A stretch of 34,365 nucleotides of DNA from an uncultured Dehalococcoidales bacterium (GTDB lineage Bacteria; Chloroflexota; Dehalococcoidia; Dehalococcoidales; ARS1013), in the NCBI GenBank assembly GCA_913046255.1, contig CAJWSH010000001.1, positions 1 through 34,365 of the forward strand, written 5' to 3'. The position numbers and the translations under genes were made by a program. The notes beneath the pieces were generated by a model. The model saw nothing but the letters and a program-made list of their open reading frames with translations, was not told where the DNA came from and made no database searches. Shown here piece after piece: positions 1 through 10,605 of this stretch. Numbering within the stretch: position 1 is the first letter of the stretch; each line of letters starts with the position of its first letter.

Positions 1-705
1 ACTCCCGGCACTGTGAGCCGGGACAATATTAGCTGCCTGCCCACCGTCAGTAATAATGCCGTGGATACGGGCATTATCTTTAATGTGTTGCCTGAGTGAG
101 TTTATGGCGTTAAAAGACTGGAGCATTGCCTCCAAGGCATTGATGCCAGCTTCGGGGTTAGCGGCGGCATGTGCTTCACTGCCAAAAAATTCAATCTCAA
201 GCGAGATACAGGCCATAGTTTCGCTGGTGGCAGTATCACGCGTTCCTGGATGGACTATCATAGCCATGTCCACATCGGTGAATGCCCCTTTTCCAGCTAT
301 TATTATCTTGCCGCCGTGGAATTCTTCGGCTGGTGTACCGATGACAAGGAGGCTACCATCGTAGCGGTCAACAACTGGTTTTGAGGCTATAGCGCCGCCA
401 CAAGCGGCGGTAGCTATCAGATTATGACCACAGGCGTGACCAAGTCCGGGCAGGGCATCATATTCAGCCAAGATAGCGATAATTGGTTTTCCGCTGCCAT
501 AGCTTGCCCTGAAAGCAGTAGGCAGCTTACAGATACCTCGCTCTAGAGAAAAACCGTTCTCTTCCAGATATTGACTTAACCAAGTTTGAGCCAGTTGCTC
601 TCCAAAACCCAACTCAGGGTGAGAATGAATTTTTAGACTTAAGTTCTCAAGCTGGCGGCGACGGCTGTCTATCTCGGCTAAAACTTTAGTCTTTAAATCG
701 TCCAA
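1..705 (-). CDS. M20 family metallopeptidase/amidohydrolase (AbgB-like), 3' end cut by window edge
   Basis: Not in the ORF track because it is open at the window edge. Minus-strand translation from TTG (705-703, AAGGGG 6 nt upstream) reads LDDLKTKVLAEIDSRRRQLENLSLKIHSHPELGFGEQ...AEYDALPGLGHACGHNLIATAACGGAIA...GTPAEEFHGGK...FFGSEAHAAANPEAGINALEA. These motifs are typical of M20 amidohydrolases. The frame is open through base 1. Confidence 0.8.
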   Translation of the reverse strand, partial: MDDLKTKVLAEIDSRRRQLENLSLKIHSHPELGFGEQLAQTWLSQYLEENGFSLERGICKLPTAFRASYGSGKPIIAILAEYDALPGLGHACGHNLIATAACGGAIASKPVVDRYDGSLLVIGTPAEEFHGGKIIIAGKGAFTDVDMAMIVHPGTRDTATSETMACISLEIEFFGSEAHAAANPEAGINALEAMLQSFNAINSLRQHIKDNARIHGIITDGGQAANIVPAHSAGS

Positions 706-817
706 GTTTATCCCCTTAATGGTAATTATTATAGCCCAGTCCAACATGGATTTCTAGGTTTGGCTCAAACGGAGCGTCTAAGAGGGACGAAACTTCTGGA
801 GCAATTCTTCTGAGTCT

Positions 818-872
818 CTCCTATCTTCACCGAAGCGGCTATACGCAGATAGGCTTTGGTGAAGAGGGAGAA
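818..872. other. Long imperfect hairpin in the 483-bp M20/uvrA divergent spacer
   Basis: TCTTCACCGAAGC (825-837) pairs with GCTTTGGTGAAGA (854-866): 13 bp with one G-U and a 16-nt loop. TCTCC (818-822) and GGAGA (868-872) extend the stem across a small internal loop. Confidence 0.4.
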
Positions 873-887
873 CTTCTTCTTTTCACA

Positions 888-923
888 AAGGGAGAGTGAG
901 AGGATTTTAAACAAGGGAGAGAG
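888..923. repeat. GA-rich element, copy 1 (AAAGGGAGAGTGAGAGGATTTTAAACAAGGGAGAGAG)
   Basis: Shares the core AGGGA..GAGTGAG..GGATTT.AA with 19112-19140. The alignment was done by eye. Confidence 0.3.
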
Positions 924-1137
924 ATAACGAATCACTCACCGTACAAGATTTTAGTAGATGGAGAGCGAGTTACTCTAAAAAAACCCCAAAAGGAATAAAT
1001 TATAGTCTCGCTATTCGATACCCCCACTCTTGAGAAGAGAATGCAACGTGATAGAGTGGACTTCGAAATAGTATGTTCCGAGTTAAATAATAATATCAAC
1101 CTTGATAGTCGCAGCACTGATTTGCATTTAGGCGGGC

Positions 1138-1167
1138 TTGTTGTGTTTTAGTGGCTAGTGATAAAAT
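1138..1167 (+). promoter_or_regulatory. Putative sigma-70 promoter of uvrA
   Basis: TTGTTG (1138-1143), an 18-nt spacer, then extended -10 TGaTAAAAT (1159-1167). It ends about 20 nt upstream of the GTG start, which has an AAGGAG RBS. Confidence 0.4.
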
Positions 1168-1188
1168 AGTAATAACAAGGAGAAAAGG

Positions 1189-4035
1189 GTGCCGTTAGAC
1201 GCTATAGTCATCAAAGGAGCTAGGGAACATAACCTTAAAAATGTAGATGTAGTTATCCCTCGTGACAAGTTGGTAGTTATTACCGGTGTTTCTGGCTCGG
1301 GTAAGAGTTCACTAGCGTTTGACACCATCTATGCCGAGGGGCAGCGCCGTTATATGGAATCACTATCGGCTTATGCTCGTCAGTTTTTGGGTCGGATGGA
1401 CAAGCCGGATGTTGATTATATTGAAGGACTTAGCCCGGCCATTTCAATTGACCAGAAGGGTGCCAGCCGCAACCCGCGCTCTACAGTGGGCACGGTAACC
1501 GAGATCTATGATTACCTGCGGCTGCTTTTTGCCCGAGTGGGGCACCCGCACTGTCACCAGTGCGGACGAGAAATTACCATGCAGACTGTAGAGCAGATTG
1601 TCGATGCTGTTCAGGCGCTTCCTTCTAAGACTCGTATCATGATTCTGGCGCCGCTGGTCAGTGGTCGTAAGGGTGAGTATCAGACGGTGTTTGGTGACTT
1701 GCGTAAGGCAGGCTATGCCCGGGTTCGGGTTGATGGCCAAATCTATGATCTGTCTGAGGATTTCGGGCTGGACAAATTTAAGAAGCACTCTATTGAGGCG
1801 GTTATAGATAGATTGGTAATCGGTGAGAGTGGTGACCAAGGCCGGCTTGCTGATTCGGTAGAAACTGCCTTGAAGCTCGGAATGGGGGTGGTGTTAGTGT
1901 CCGCAATTGACGGCGAAGAGCTATTATTCTCGGAGCACTTTGCCTGCGTCAAGTGTGGAGTCAGTCTGGGTGAGCTTGCGCCCAGAACATTTAGTTTTAA
2001 CAGTCCTCACGGTGCCTGTCCTGTCTGTACCGGTTTGGGAGTCAAACTGGAGATAGAGCCTGAGCTGGTGATTGATCGAGAGTTATCAATTAACCAGGGA
2101 GCTATCCGTCCCTGGCAGTTCCATACCTGGTATTTCTATCGAATAGAATCTCTGGCTACGAGATACGGATTTTCTCTGGATACCTCTTTCGGGAAACTGG
2201 ATCAGAAACAACAGAACCTGATACTTTTCGGCGAGAGAAAGGGATCGAGAAAATATCGTAGTCGTTTCGGGCGAGCTAGGGAAAGGCACAACGGTTTTGA
2301 GGGAGTAGTGCCGACCATGGAACGGCATTACCGAGATACTGAATCCGAAAATTCTCGTATTAACATTGAACGTTATATGGTCTCTCGTCCGTGCCCCATC
2401 TGTCAGGGGCAGCGGCTCAAACCGGAAGCTATAGCTGTCACTATTGGTGGTCGCAGTATTGTTAAAGTTAGTTCAATGTCGATTATTCAGGCTTTAGCTT
2501 GGGTAGAGGGGCTTTTTGGACCCCGAACAATACTAACCAAGCGGGAACAGATGATAGCTTATGAGATTCTTAAGGAGCTTGAATCCCGTCTCGGCTTCTT
2601 AGAGAATGTTGGGTTGGATTATCTCACTCTTGAACGAGCTACGGCAACACTATCTGGTGGTGAAGCACAGCGAATCCGTCTGGCGACCCAAATAGGTAGT
2701 GGGTTGATGGGTGTCCTTTATATCTGTGACGAACCGACGGTGGGTTTGCACCCGGCTGATGACTTACGCTTGATCAACACTCTAAAAAGACTGAGGGATT
2801 TAGGTAATACCATATTGATTGTGGAGCATGATGAGGCGATGATGCGGGCGGCCGACCATATTATTGATATGGGCCTTGGTGCCGGGGAGTATGGTGGTCG
2901 GGTTGTTGCCACTGGCACGCTTACTGAAATTATGAACTCCAAAGGATCAATAACTGGGCAGTATCTTAATGGTACAAAACAGATTCCGTTACCGCGGGAA
3001 CATCGGCTCGGCTGTGGTGAGGAAATAGTAGTAAAGGGAGCTCGTCAGAACAACCTGAAAAATATAGATGTATCCATTCCCTTGGGTAAATTCGTCTGTG
3101 TTACTGGGGTTTCTGGTAGTGGTAAAAGTACTCTTGTTGATGGTATTTTGTATAAAAAGCTGGCACAGCTCTTGTATCGGTCTAGAGAAAGAGCTGGCGA
3201 CTGTGACGGCATCATTGGCGTGGAGTACATTGATAAGGTTATTAATATTAACCAATCTCCGATTGGACGTACTCCTCGCAGCAACCCGGCTACCTATACC
3301 GGACTCTTTACTCCGATTCGTGAGCTTTTTGCCACCATTCCTGAGACCCGAATGAAGGGTTATTCCCCGGGACGGTTCTCATTTAATGTAAAAGGTGGCC
3401 GTTGTGAAGCCTGCCGTGGTGAAGGCTTTATCCAGATTGAGATGCAGTTCTTGCCTGACGTAACCGTTCCCTGCGAGGTATGCCAGGGTAAACGCTATAA
3501 CCGTGAAGTGCTTGAGATCAGATTCAAGGGCAAAAATATTGCCGAGGTATTGAATATGACTGTGGAGCAAGCTTTGTCTTTCTTTATTCATTTCCCCAGA
3601 GTGAAGAGTAAGCTGGAGACATTATACCATGTTGGTTTGGGCTATATTCGCTTGGGTCAGCCGGCGCCGACGCTTTCCGGTGGTGAGGCGCAGCGGGTTA
3701 AGTTGGCCACTGAGCTGTCAAAACGCTCTACCGGCAAGACACTCTATATTCTTGATGAGCCGACTACTGGTCTTGCCTTTGATGATGTTGCCGCTCTCTT
3801 GCGCGTACTCCAGCGTTTGGTTGATAGTGGTAATACAGTGGTTATCATTGAGCATCACCTGGATGTCATTAAAAGTGCTGACCATATCATTGATCTTGGA
3901 CCCGAAGCTGGCGATAAGGGCGGTTACATTGTCACCAATGGTACCCCTGAGGAAGTGGCCAGAGAGACGGCTTCAGCTACTGGACATTATCTAAGGCGGG
4001 TGCTATCTCAGGATGTTACCTATGCCTTGGGGTGA
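1189..4035 (+). CDS. uvrA: Excinuclease ABC subunit A
   Basis: 948 aa with a GTG start after AAGGAGAAAAGG. The N-terminus [11 protein letters not shown]...[23 protein letters not shown] is present. It has two ABC ATPase modules (LSGGEAQR twice) and the CxxC zinc modules typical of UvrA. Confidence 0.97.
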   Translation: MPLDAIVIKGAREHNLKNVDVVIPRDKLVVITGVSGSGKSSLAFDTIYAEGQRRYMESLSAYARQFLGRMDKPDVDYIEGLSPAISIDQKGASRNPRSTVGTVTEIYDYLRLLFARVGHPHCHQCGREITMQTVEQIVDAVQALPSKTRIMILAPLVSGRKGEYQTVFGDLRKAGYARVRVDGQIYDLSEDFGLDKFKKHSIEAVIDRLVIGESGDQGRLADSVETALKLGMGVVLVSAIDGEELLFSEHFACVKCGVSLGELAPRTFSFNSPHGACPVCTGLGVKLEIEPELVIDRELSINQGAIRPWQFHTWYFYRIESLATRYGFSLDTSFGKLDQKQQNLILFGERKGSRKYRSRFGRARERHNGFEGVVPTMERHYRDTESENSRINIERYMVSRPCPICQGQRLKPEAIAVTIGGRSIVKVSSMSIIQALAWVEGLFGPRTILTKREQMIAYEILKELESRLGFLENVGLDYLTLERATATLSGGEAQRIRLATQIGSGLMGVLYICDEPTVGLHPADDLRLINTLKRLRDLGNTILIVEHDEAMMRAADHIIDMGLGAGEYGGRVVATGTLTEIMNSKGSITGQYLNGTKQIPLPREHRLGCGEEIVVKGARQNNLKNIDVSIPLGKFVCVTGVSGSGKSTLVDGILYKKLAQLLYRSRERAGDCDGIIGVEYIDKVININQSPIGRTPRSNPATYTGLFTPIRELFATIPETRMKGYSPGRFSFNVKGGRCEACRGEGFIQIEMQFLPDVTVPCEVCQGKRYNREVLEIRFKGKNIAEVLNMTVEQALSFFIHFPRVKSKLETLYHVGLGYIRLGQPAPTLSGGEAQRVKLATELSKRSTGKTLYILDEPTTGLAFDDVAALLRVLQRLVDSGNTVVIIEHHLDVIKSADHIIDLGPEAGDKGGYIVTNGTPEEVARETASATGHYLRRVLSQDVTYALG

Positions 4036-4195
4036 TGAGTAGGATGAGCGACAAGCCGGGGTTATAAGATTGTTATCAGTTCTCTCCGAGAGCAGGAGAA
4101 GTAGGAAGAAAAAATTCTCTAAAGCTGGATTACAATCTATCCCTTTTAACTTTTATGGAATAACCCACCCTCTGCTTGCTAAAGCCTTGTGTGGT

Positions 4196-4250
4196 GAGTG
4201 GGCCTTTATCCTCTTCCCTTATCAAGGAGGGGAGGAAAAAGATGGGCAAA
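4196..4250. repeat. GA-rich element, copy 2 (inverted orientation), in the uvrA/sbcC convergent spacer
   Basis: The reverse complement TTTGCCCATCTTTTTCCTCCCCTCCTTGATAAGGGAAGAGGATAAAGG aligns with 19092-19140 (CCATCTTT..CC.C.C.TCCTT.A..GGGA). It contains the imperfect palindrome CCTCTTCCC/GGAGGGGAGG. Confidence 0.3.
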
Positions 4251-4276
4251 GCCTTTCTGAGGCATTCCGTTTCTTT

Positions 4277-6847
4277 CTAGTTTACCTCAAGTGTTGAACC
4301 TCGGGTAGTTTTTACTACATCAATACGGGTAGGGAAGGCGTCTTTAATCTCTTCAATATGGGTGATGACGATAATCTTTTGAAAGTCATCATGAGTTGAG
4401 TTAATGGCTTCTTTAAGCTTATCTATACCGTAGCTGTCCTGAGTGCCAAAACCTTCGTCAATAATCAGGGTGGGTAGTGGCGCTCCGGCTCGTTTGGCCA
4501 GTAGCTTGGACAGGGCAATGCGAATAGCAAAGTCAATGCGGAAGGCCTCACCGCCGCTGAACATCTCGTAGTTTCGTGTTCCCAACTCATCAGCGATATT
4601 TATATCTAGGGTTTCCAGTAAGTCTCCTTTCTTTGAGATACGTTGGGCTTCAATTTTGAGGTGCATTCTATTATCGGTCATGCGTTCCAGTAACCTGTTG
4701 GCTTCAGCCTCAATTTCAGGTAGTGCCATTTCGATCAGCATCGCCTGAATTCCCTTTTTACTGAATGCTTGAGTTAGGTCTTTATAAAGTTTCTCCTGTT
4801 TAGCAGTTTTAGCTAGTTGTCTTTTCTTTTCTTGTTTTCTTGTCTCTTGTCTAGACAGATGTTCCAGTTTTTCCTTAACACCACCCACTATTTCCTGGGC
4901 CTGTTTCTGTTTTTTGGCAAGTGCCTGGTGCTCATCTTCAGACTGCCTTAGAATACTGTCTAGTTGACGTAAGGACGCAAGTCTGGCAAGTAGTTCTTGC
5001 TGTTTTTTATTATTAGCCTGAAGACGATGAGCCAGTTCCCTGGCTGCCTCTCTGGCTTTAGCCGCCGCCTCGTTTTCTAGGGCAATAAGCCGCTCGGCTT
5101 CTTTTAATCTCTGCTTTGGTTGTTCATACTGCTGCAGATCTTTGAGGCTTTGGTGAACATCCTTATGCTGGCTTGAATCGTAGTTGAGGCTTATCAGTTC
5201 GTTTTCAAGTTCATCCAATGCTTTTTGCTCGGCAGCGGCAAAGTCCTTATTGGTTAGCTTACCTTCAATTTCAGCTAGTTTCTCTCTTTCTCCTTGTAGC
5301 TGGTTGCTTACTTCCTTAGCTTCGGTGAGTGCTTTATTGAGGAGACTGACTTTACCCTGTAGTGGTGCTTTATCCCGATTTAACTTTGCTTTCAGCTGGA
5401 GCACCTCATTTTCGACTACTTGGAGCTTTATTTTTTTCCTGTCGAGCCCAGTATTGTTTGACTCGAGAGAGTTACTTTTATTGTCCTTATCACTAGTATA
5501 TTTTGTTTTAATAAGCGCTAAGCTTTCTTTCCCCAGTTGGGTCTCACATAGCGGGCAACTGGCGTCACTCTGGGCAAAAAGTAGATTTAGCTTTTCCACT
5601 AACTCTTTTATCTCCTGTTCTAGCCGAATTTGATTGGATTTGAGTTCATATACTTCAGCCTGCAATTCTTGACTCATTTGCCTTTTCTTGTCCAATTCTT
5701 CTTCCAGCTCAGCTAAACGGTGCTGTTGGGACTGAAGCTTTTGTAGTTCGTTCTTAAGTTGGGGCAGTCTTTGTGAAATGGCTTCTAGTTCGGTGAGCTT
5801 GTTCTTTGCGACAGTATGATTAGTAATTAATTCTGCTTGAGCCTTTTGGATAACTTTTTCTAGATGGTTCTTTTGTTCATTAAGTTTGAGCAGTTGTGCC
5901 AGTTTCTGGTTGAGTTCTTCGTTTAATTTTCGGGTCTGAGCAAGATGAGTATAGCCTTCTTCTATCGCCGGGCGCTGGGCTATTAGCCCTTCATAATCTT
6001 TGATATGAGAGTTGTGTTGTTTGATTTCTTCCTTGCGACGCTCTAACTCTCTTTTGGTGGCACTTAAATGTTCCTCAAGCTGAGCCAGTTCTAGCTTTTT
6101 GTTTTCCAGCGACTGCTTTTCCCGCCGCAAATGATCCAGCCTTAACTGCTGCTCCTTGGCTGTATTTTCTAGGTGGGATAGTTCACTCTGTATCTTTAAA
6201 CACTCAATCTCAAGGCTTGGCTTTTGGATTATTTCTTGGCTAATGTCCTCGACGATAATCTCCAGTTGGGCCTTTTCCACATTCTGTTCCTTGGCTAGTT
6301 CTCTGGCTCGTTCCTCAAGCTGAGCATAGAAGGCAAGCCCCAGGATATTGGCCAGTACCTCTTTACGTTTGGCTGGAGATTGCCTGGTAAACTCATCAAC
6401 ATGACCCTGCTTAAGATAAGCGCTGTTGATGAAGGTGTCGTAATCCATGTGCAGAAGAGCGATAATTTTCTGTTGCGTTTCGACTATCCTATCACCAGAG
6501 ATTACCTTGAAACCGTCATCGCTGGCTATGAATAAATCCAGACTGCTCTGCCCTGCTCTGGTTTGCCCTTTTGGTTTAGAGCGTTTTCGTATAATGCGGT
6601 ATGGTTGTTCGCCGATAGCGAAATCAAATTCCACCTCCATTGTAGTTTCGCCTAGGTGGATAAGCTCGTCATCACTTTTAGCTCTAGCATGCCCCCACAG
6701 TGCCCAGGTGATAGCGTCAATTAAGGCTGACTTACCGCTACCATTATCGCCTGAGATGCAGGCAGTGTGGATACCAGCAAAGGGGAATGGTGGCACATCA
6801 CCTCGGTAGCACATAAAATTATGCATTTTGAGTTTAATTGGAATCAC
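4277..6847 (-). CDS. sbcC: SbcC/Rad50-family DNA repair ATPase (no adjacent sbcD)
   Basis: 856 aa with a GTG start. Walker A is GDNGSGKSALIDAITWALWG. A very long Q/E/K/L-rich coiled coil carries a central CPLC zinc hook. The C-terminus has the signature FSGGEAFRIDFAIRIAL, Walker B LIIDEGFG and an H-loop VITH. Confidence 0.9.
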   Translation of the reverse strand: MIPIKLKMHNFMCYRGDVPPFPFAGIHTACISGDNGSGKSALIDAITWALWGHARAKSDDELIHLGETTMEVEFDFAIGEQPYRIIRKRSKPKGQTRAGQSSLDLFIASDDGFKVISGDRIVETQQKIIALLHMDYDTFINSAYLKQGHVDEFTRQSPAKRKEVLANILGLAFYAQLEERARELAKEQNVEKAQLEIIVEDISQEIIQKPSLEIECLKIQSELSHLENTAKEQQLRLDHLRREKQSLENKKLELAQLEEHLSATKRELERRKEEIKQHNSHIKDYEGLIAQRPAIEEGYTHLAQTRKLNEELNQKLAQLLKLNEQKNHLEKVIQKAQAELITNHTVAKNKLTELEAISQRLPQLKNELQKLQSQQHRLAELEEELDKKRQMSQELQAEVYELKSNQIRLEQEIKELVEKLNLLFAQSDASCPLCETQLGKESLALIKTKYTSDKDNKSNSLESNNTGLDRKKIKLQVVENEVLQLKAKLNRDKAPLQGKVSLLNKALTEAKEVSNQLQGEREKLAEIEGKLTNKDFAAAEQKALDELENELISLNYDSSQHKDVHQSLKDLQQYEQPKQRLKEAERLIALENEAAAKAREAARELAHRLQANNKKQQELLARLASLRQLDSILRQSEDEHQALAKKQKQAQEIVGGVKEKLEHLSRQETRKQEKKRQLAKTAKQEKLYKDLTQAFSKKGIQAMLIEMALPEIEAEANRLLERMTDNRMHLKIEAQRISKKGDLLETLDINIADELGTRNYEMFSGGEAFRIDFAIRIALSKLLAKRAGAPLPTLIIDEGFGTQDSYGIDKLKEAINSTHDDFQKIIVITHIEEIKDAFPTRIDVVKTTRGSTLEVN

Positions 6848-7253
6848 TTATAGATTTCCTTATAGATAAAGACTCTTATTTATTTTAGCATAGTAAAAGG
6901 ATTTTTTATCTATCTCACCTTTTTGGTCCCTCCTTCTTGCCCCTATGCCTAACACAAACTCTTAACTCATCTATGAGACATTTCTTTACTTCCATCAAGA
7001 CTACAAACTGCATGATTATCACTAATAGAGTTATATGAATATTAGTGCTTTCGAATTCCTCGAAGTAATGATTTTCCAATCGCTGGATCTGCTTTAATCT
7101 GAGGCATGAAAATACCGGTATGGTATTGTAGTGTGGAGTTGAATAAAAGCGGCAATTATCGTCAGTAGGTAAAGCAGTTCAATAATAAGCACTTATTACC
7201 AGCAAGAGATTAACTAGTGCAAGTTAATGGAAATGTTATTAGAAGCAATTTTA

Positions 7254-8750
7254 TTACTCCAAGTAATCCTTTAGCTTACGGCTGCGGGTGGGGTGACGCA
7301 GCTTTCGGAGGGCCTTGGCTTCAATCTGACGGATCCGCTCCCTAGTTACATTGAACTCTTTACCCACTTCTTCAAGGGTACGGCTGCGTCCGTCTTCAAG
7401 GCCGAATCTAAGCTGAAGTACTCGCTGCTCACGGCTGGTAAGGCTTGACAACACTCTATCAATTTGCTCTTTTAAGAGTGATTTGGAGGCAGCGTCTGGA
7501 GGTGGAAGGGCGTTTTGGTCTTCAATAAAATCGCCGAGGTGACTATCTTCTTCTTCGCCTATGGGTGCCTCTAGTGATACCGGTAGTTGTGATACCTTGA
7601 TTATTTCCCTGACTTTTTCTGGAGGTATTTCCATTTCCTCACCAATCTCTCTGGGAGTAGGTTCTCGCCCGTATTCTTGGGCAAGGTGACGACTGATGCT
7701 TAGCAGTTTATTGATAGTCTCTACCATGTGCACTGGTATGCGGATGGTACGGGCTTGGTCGGCTATGGCACGGGTAATGGCCTGACGAATCCACCAAGTA
7801 GCATAGGTGCTGAATTTATAACCCCGGTGATAATCAAATTTTTCCACGGCTCTAATTAGTCCTATATTACCCTCTTGAAGAAGATCTAAGAGCGGCATAC
7901 CACGACCAATATGTTTCTTGGCAATACTAACCACCAGGCGTAAGTTGGCTTCGATAAGGTGCTGTTCGGATTCTTTAGCCTCATCCTCAATGTTTTCTAG
8001 CGTCTTCCCATTTTGTTTTTCATAAACTGAAGCGGATTTATGAAAAGTAGGGTCTTTGGTCAGGTGCTCTATTTCAGACAGAGAGGTATCGTCTGGGATA
8101 ATATCCTTAATTTCATCTGGGATTAGCCTACTATTCAGCGACAGATTGATTAGTGTGCATTCTATTTCTAGTGTAGTCTTATCGGTTTTGAGAGCAATGG
8201 CTTGGGTCAATCTTTGGTCTATCTCATTATCAAAACTGGCTTGAAGTCCAGGAGCAAAGATAGCCTTTTTTAAGTTGGTAGTACCTGTTAACTTAAGTTC
8301 TTTCTGGAGGAGATATACGATATTCGCCACCTCCCCGAGTCCATTAAGCATACAAAGAACTATATCAGTTGCCGAAGGTGATCGGCCATAACTCTTTTCC
8401 CAGTCCTGTATTATCTCCCGGACGCGTTTGCCGGCCTCCATCTTCCGGGCCAGTTCCTTTTCCTTAATAGCAGACAAGAGAGGTACTCTACCTATTTCAT
8501 GAAGGTACATACGGACTGGGTCATCAACTATCCCTAGGTCCTCTGGTGGTTTCACTGCTACGGCTCGTGTTGGAGCTCGAGATTTAGGTGTAGATTTCAG
8601 CTTTTTCCGAGGCATTGGCACCTTATCTCTTAGACTTGCCTTCGGTGTTGATTTTTTATCATCATTGGGCCTTTCTTCTAATGGTAGCTCTTCACCGTTT
8701 TTTGCTTGAGATATTAGCTCATCAGACTGGTCTTTATTCTTAAGTGCCAT
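7254..8750 (-). CDS. rpoD: RNA polymerase primary sigma factor (sigma-70 family)
   Basis: 498 aa. Region 2 reads [16 protein letters not shown]...[29 protein letters not shown]. Region 4 reads [30 protein letters not shown]. The N-terminal extension is lysine-rich. The ATG lies 3 nt after the dnaG stop. Confidence 0.96.
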   Translation of the reverse strand: MALKNKDQSDELISQAKNGEELPLEERPNDDKKSTPKASLRDKVPMPRKKLKSTPKSRAPTRAVAVKPPEDLGIVDDPVRMYLHEIGRVPLLSAIKEKELARKMEAGKRVREIIQDWEKSYGRSPSATDIVLCMLNGLGEVANIVYLLQKELKLTGTTNLKKAIFAPGLQASFDNEIDQRLTQAIALKTDKTTLEIECTLINLSLNSRLIPDEIKDIIPDDTSLSEIEHLTKDPTFHKSASVYEKQNGKTLENIEDEAKESEQHLIEANLRLVVSIAKKHIGRGMPLLDLLQEGNIGLIRAVEKFDYHRGYKFSTYATWWIRQAITRAIADQARTIRIPVHMVETINKLLSISRHLAQEYGREPTPREIGEEMEIPPEKVREIIKVSQLPVSLEAPIGEEEDSHLGDFIEDQNALPPPDAASKSLLKEQIDRVLSSLTSREQRVLQLRFGLEDGRSRTLEEVGKEFNVTRERIRQIEAKALRKLRHPTRSRKLKDYLE

Positions 8751-8753
8751 CTC

Positions 8754-10523
8754 TTACCTCTTCTGCTCCTTGCCACCCCTGGATTTTTGGCTAAAAACCT
8801 CTTTCAATTGAGCGCTGATTTTTGTTCCTTGCTCATTAAGCTTGGCCAGCTCAGCCGGCGTACCACCCAACTCAGCCTCCGAAGCCAATATCGCTCCTTT
8901 TTTTAATTCCAGATTTCGCAGGTACCTTTCCCGTAAATTGAGAATGCAACTGGTAAATTTATCCTCTATCTGATCGGGAAGCAAGTTCATCTTCGTCAAT
9001 TTGCCAAGATGTTCCCAGATTGCACTATCAAGTCTATTTTTAAGTAAAGATGGGTCATCGATCTCTCTCAAAGCAGCAAAAATTTCACGATTTTCACTAT
9101 TTTCAAAGTACTCAATCAGAAGCCCACTCTGGCGAGCTTTAAGTTCATGGTACTTAAGCAGTAGCGCCAGGCAATATTCTTCACAAATATTGGTCGTACT
9201 TGGTAACAGTTTGGAGGTGCTTTCTTGAGGTGGCTTCATAACCCTACGCCTTGCTAGGTAGGCTGCTAGATCACGTTCTATATTTCGGGTGCTTAAACCA
9301 ACCGATTTTGCCAACTTTTCTACATAATGGTATTGGTGTGTGCCGTCCTTTATCTCGGCGATGATGGGAAGAAGGCGCTCTTCGACTAAAGATTTATCCT
9401 TGGCAGTGTTAAGGTCAAGCCTAGACATGACCAGATTAAAGGAATAATCGATTATTGGTAGAGCCTCATTTAGAAGGCGTTGCCAGCCTTTCGCATCCTC
9501 TTTGATGACGTCATCAGGATCTTTTCCTTTGGGCAGGATGATAACCTTTACCTCATTACCAATGGTGTTTTCATAACCGACGCCGTGCATGGTAGCTTCC
9601 TTGCCGGCAGCGTCTGCGTCAAGGGCAAAGACTAGGTTCTTGGTAAGCTTTTTTATGGCAAGGATTTGCTTCTCAGTAACTGAAGTCCCCATTGAAGCAA
9701 CTACATTGCCAAAACTGTTCTGATGAGCGGTGATAACGTCCATATAACCCTCGACAATCACTGCTCTATCTTGTCGCTTGATTGGCTCACGGGCAAGATT
9801 GATGCCGTAGAGAACACTACTCTTATTAAATATTGGTGTCTCGGGCGAATTAATGTACTTGGGTGCAGAATCATCCAGCGCTCTGGCGCCAAAACCAAGA
9901 ATTCGTTTCCGGTTGTCAAATATGGGGAATATCAGCCGGTTACGGAAGCGATCGTAACTACCTTTTGATTCTATGGCGACCACCAAGCCGACTTGGGACA
10001 ATTCGGTCTCGCTATAGCTTCTCTGCATCAGGTACTTCTTTAAGTCATCCCAGCTACTCAGGCTATAACCCAATTGAAAGTCTGTGATGGTCTTAGTCTT
10101 GAAACCGCGCTGGACAACATAGTTTCTTGCCTGTCCCCCAGCTTTAGAGTTAATGAGCAAATTATGAAAGTACTGAGCAGCAGCTTCGTTGGCTTGGTAG
10201 AGCCTTTCATTTTTATCTTTATCGGTCTCTTCTGTAGCTCTTGGTGGAATAGTAACCCCGACTCTTTGAGCGAGAAGGCGCAGTGCTTCACCGAAACTCA
10301 GACCCTCTTTTTTTATAACAAAGGTGAAGACATCACCACCGGTACTGCAGGCGCCAAAGCAGTGCCAACTCTGCTGCTCAGGATAGACAAAGAAAGAGGC
10401 ATGCTTTTCGCTGTGAAAGGGGCATAGCCCTTTAAGAGTCCGTCCAGCTTTAGCTAGAGTAGTGTACTGGCTTATGACTTCGACAATATCTGATCTCTGT
10501 TTTACTTCGTCAATAACACTCAT
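8754..10523 (-). CDS. dnaG: DNA primase
   Basis: 589 aa. The N-terminal zinc finger reads GLCPFHSEKHASF...WHCFGACSTGGD. A TOPRIM region reads IVEGYMDVI...ALDADAAGKEA. It forms the classical dnaG-rpoD pairing. Confidence 0.95.
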   Translation of the reverse strand: MSVIDEVKQRSDIVEVISQYTTLAKAGRTLKGLCPFHSEKHASFFVYPEQQSWHCFGACSTGGDVFTFVIKKEGLSFGEALRLLAQRVGVTIPPRATEETDKDKNERLYQANEAAAQYFHNLLINSKAGGQARNYVVQRGFKTKTITDFQLGYSLSSWDDLKKYLMQRSYSETELSQVGLVVAIESKGSYDRFRNRLIFPIFDNRKRILGFGARALDDSAPKYINSPETPIFNKSSVLYGINLAREPIKRQDRAVIVEGYMDVITAHQNSFGNVVASMGTSVTEKQILAIKKLTKNLVFALDADAAGKEATMHGVGYENTIGNEVKVIILPKGKDPDDVIKEDAKGWQRLLNEALPIIDYSFNLVMSRLDLNTAKDKSLVEERLLPIIAEIKDGTHQYHYVEKLAKSVGLSTRNIERDLAAYLARRRVMKPPQESTSKLLPSTTNICEEYCLALLLKYHELKARQSGLLIEYFENSENREIFAALREIDDPSLLKNRLDSAIWEHLGKLTKMNLLPDQIEDKFTSCILNLRERYLRNLELKKGAILASEAELGGTPAELAKLNEQGTKISAQLKEVFSQKSRGGKEQKR

Positions 10524-10605
10524 CTTATTTTAATTATACTACTTTTTAGCGGTTATCTCATCCTTTATCTAGGGCATAGGCGATTGATTGTACAGGATAA
10601 GCTGG

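Noticed and set aside
56-384. Two plus-strand ORFs (102 and 71 aa) at the window start
   Set aside because: They are antisense to a strongly motif-bearing M20 amidohydrolase reading frame (GHACGHN and others). They have no RBS and a non-protein-like composition.
1064-1080. LexA/Cheo-box-like half sites GAAA-N6-GTTC upstream of uvrA
   Set aside because: The spacer is 6 nt rather than the 4 nt of the GAAC-N4-GTTC motif, and one half-site is imperfect. This is not enough to call an SOS box.
932-1117. 61-aa minus-strand ORF in the M20/uvrA spacer
   Set aside because: It has no RBS, is low-complexity and Leu/Ser-rich, and lies across hairpin-forming sequence. It is treated as non-coding.
4070-4297. 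75-aa plus-strand ORF between uvrA and sbcC
   Set aside because: It has a TTG-type start without an RBS, runs through the GA-rich palindrome and overlaps the sbcC 3' end. It is most likely spurious.
5184-5633. 149-aa Ser/Leu-rich ORF antisense to sbcC, and similar antisense ORFs inside uvrA, dnaG, ppsA, atpA, atpB (14964-15770), hemA and others
   Set aside because: All lie opposite well-supported conserved genes. Their composition mirrors the sense-strand coiled-coil or codon bias, and none has RBS or motif support.
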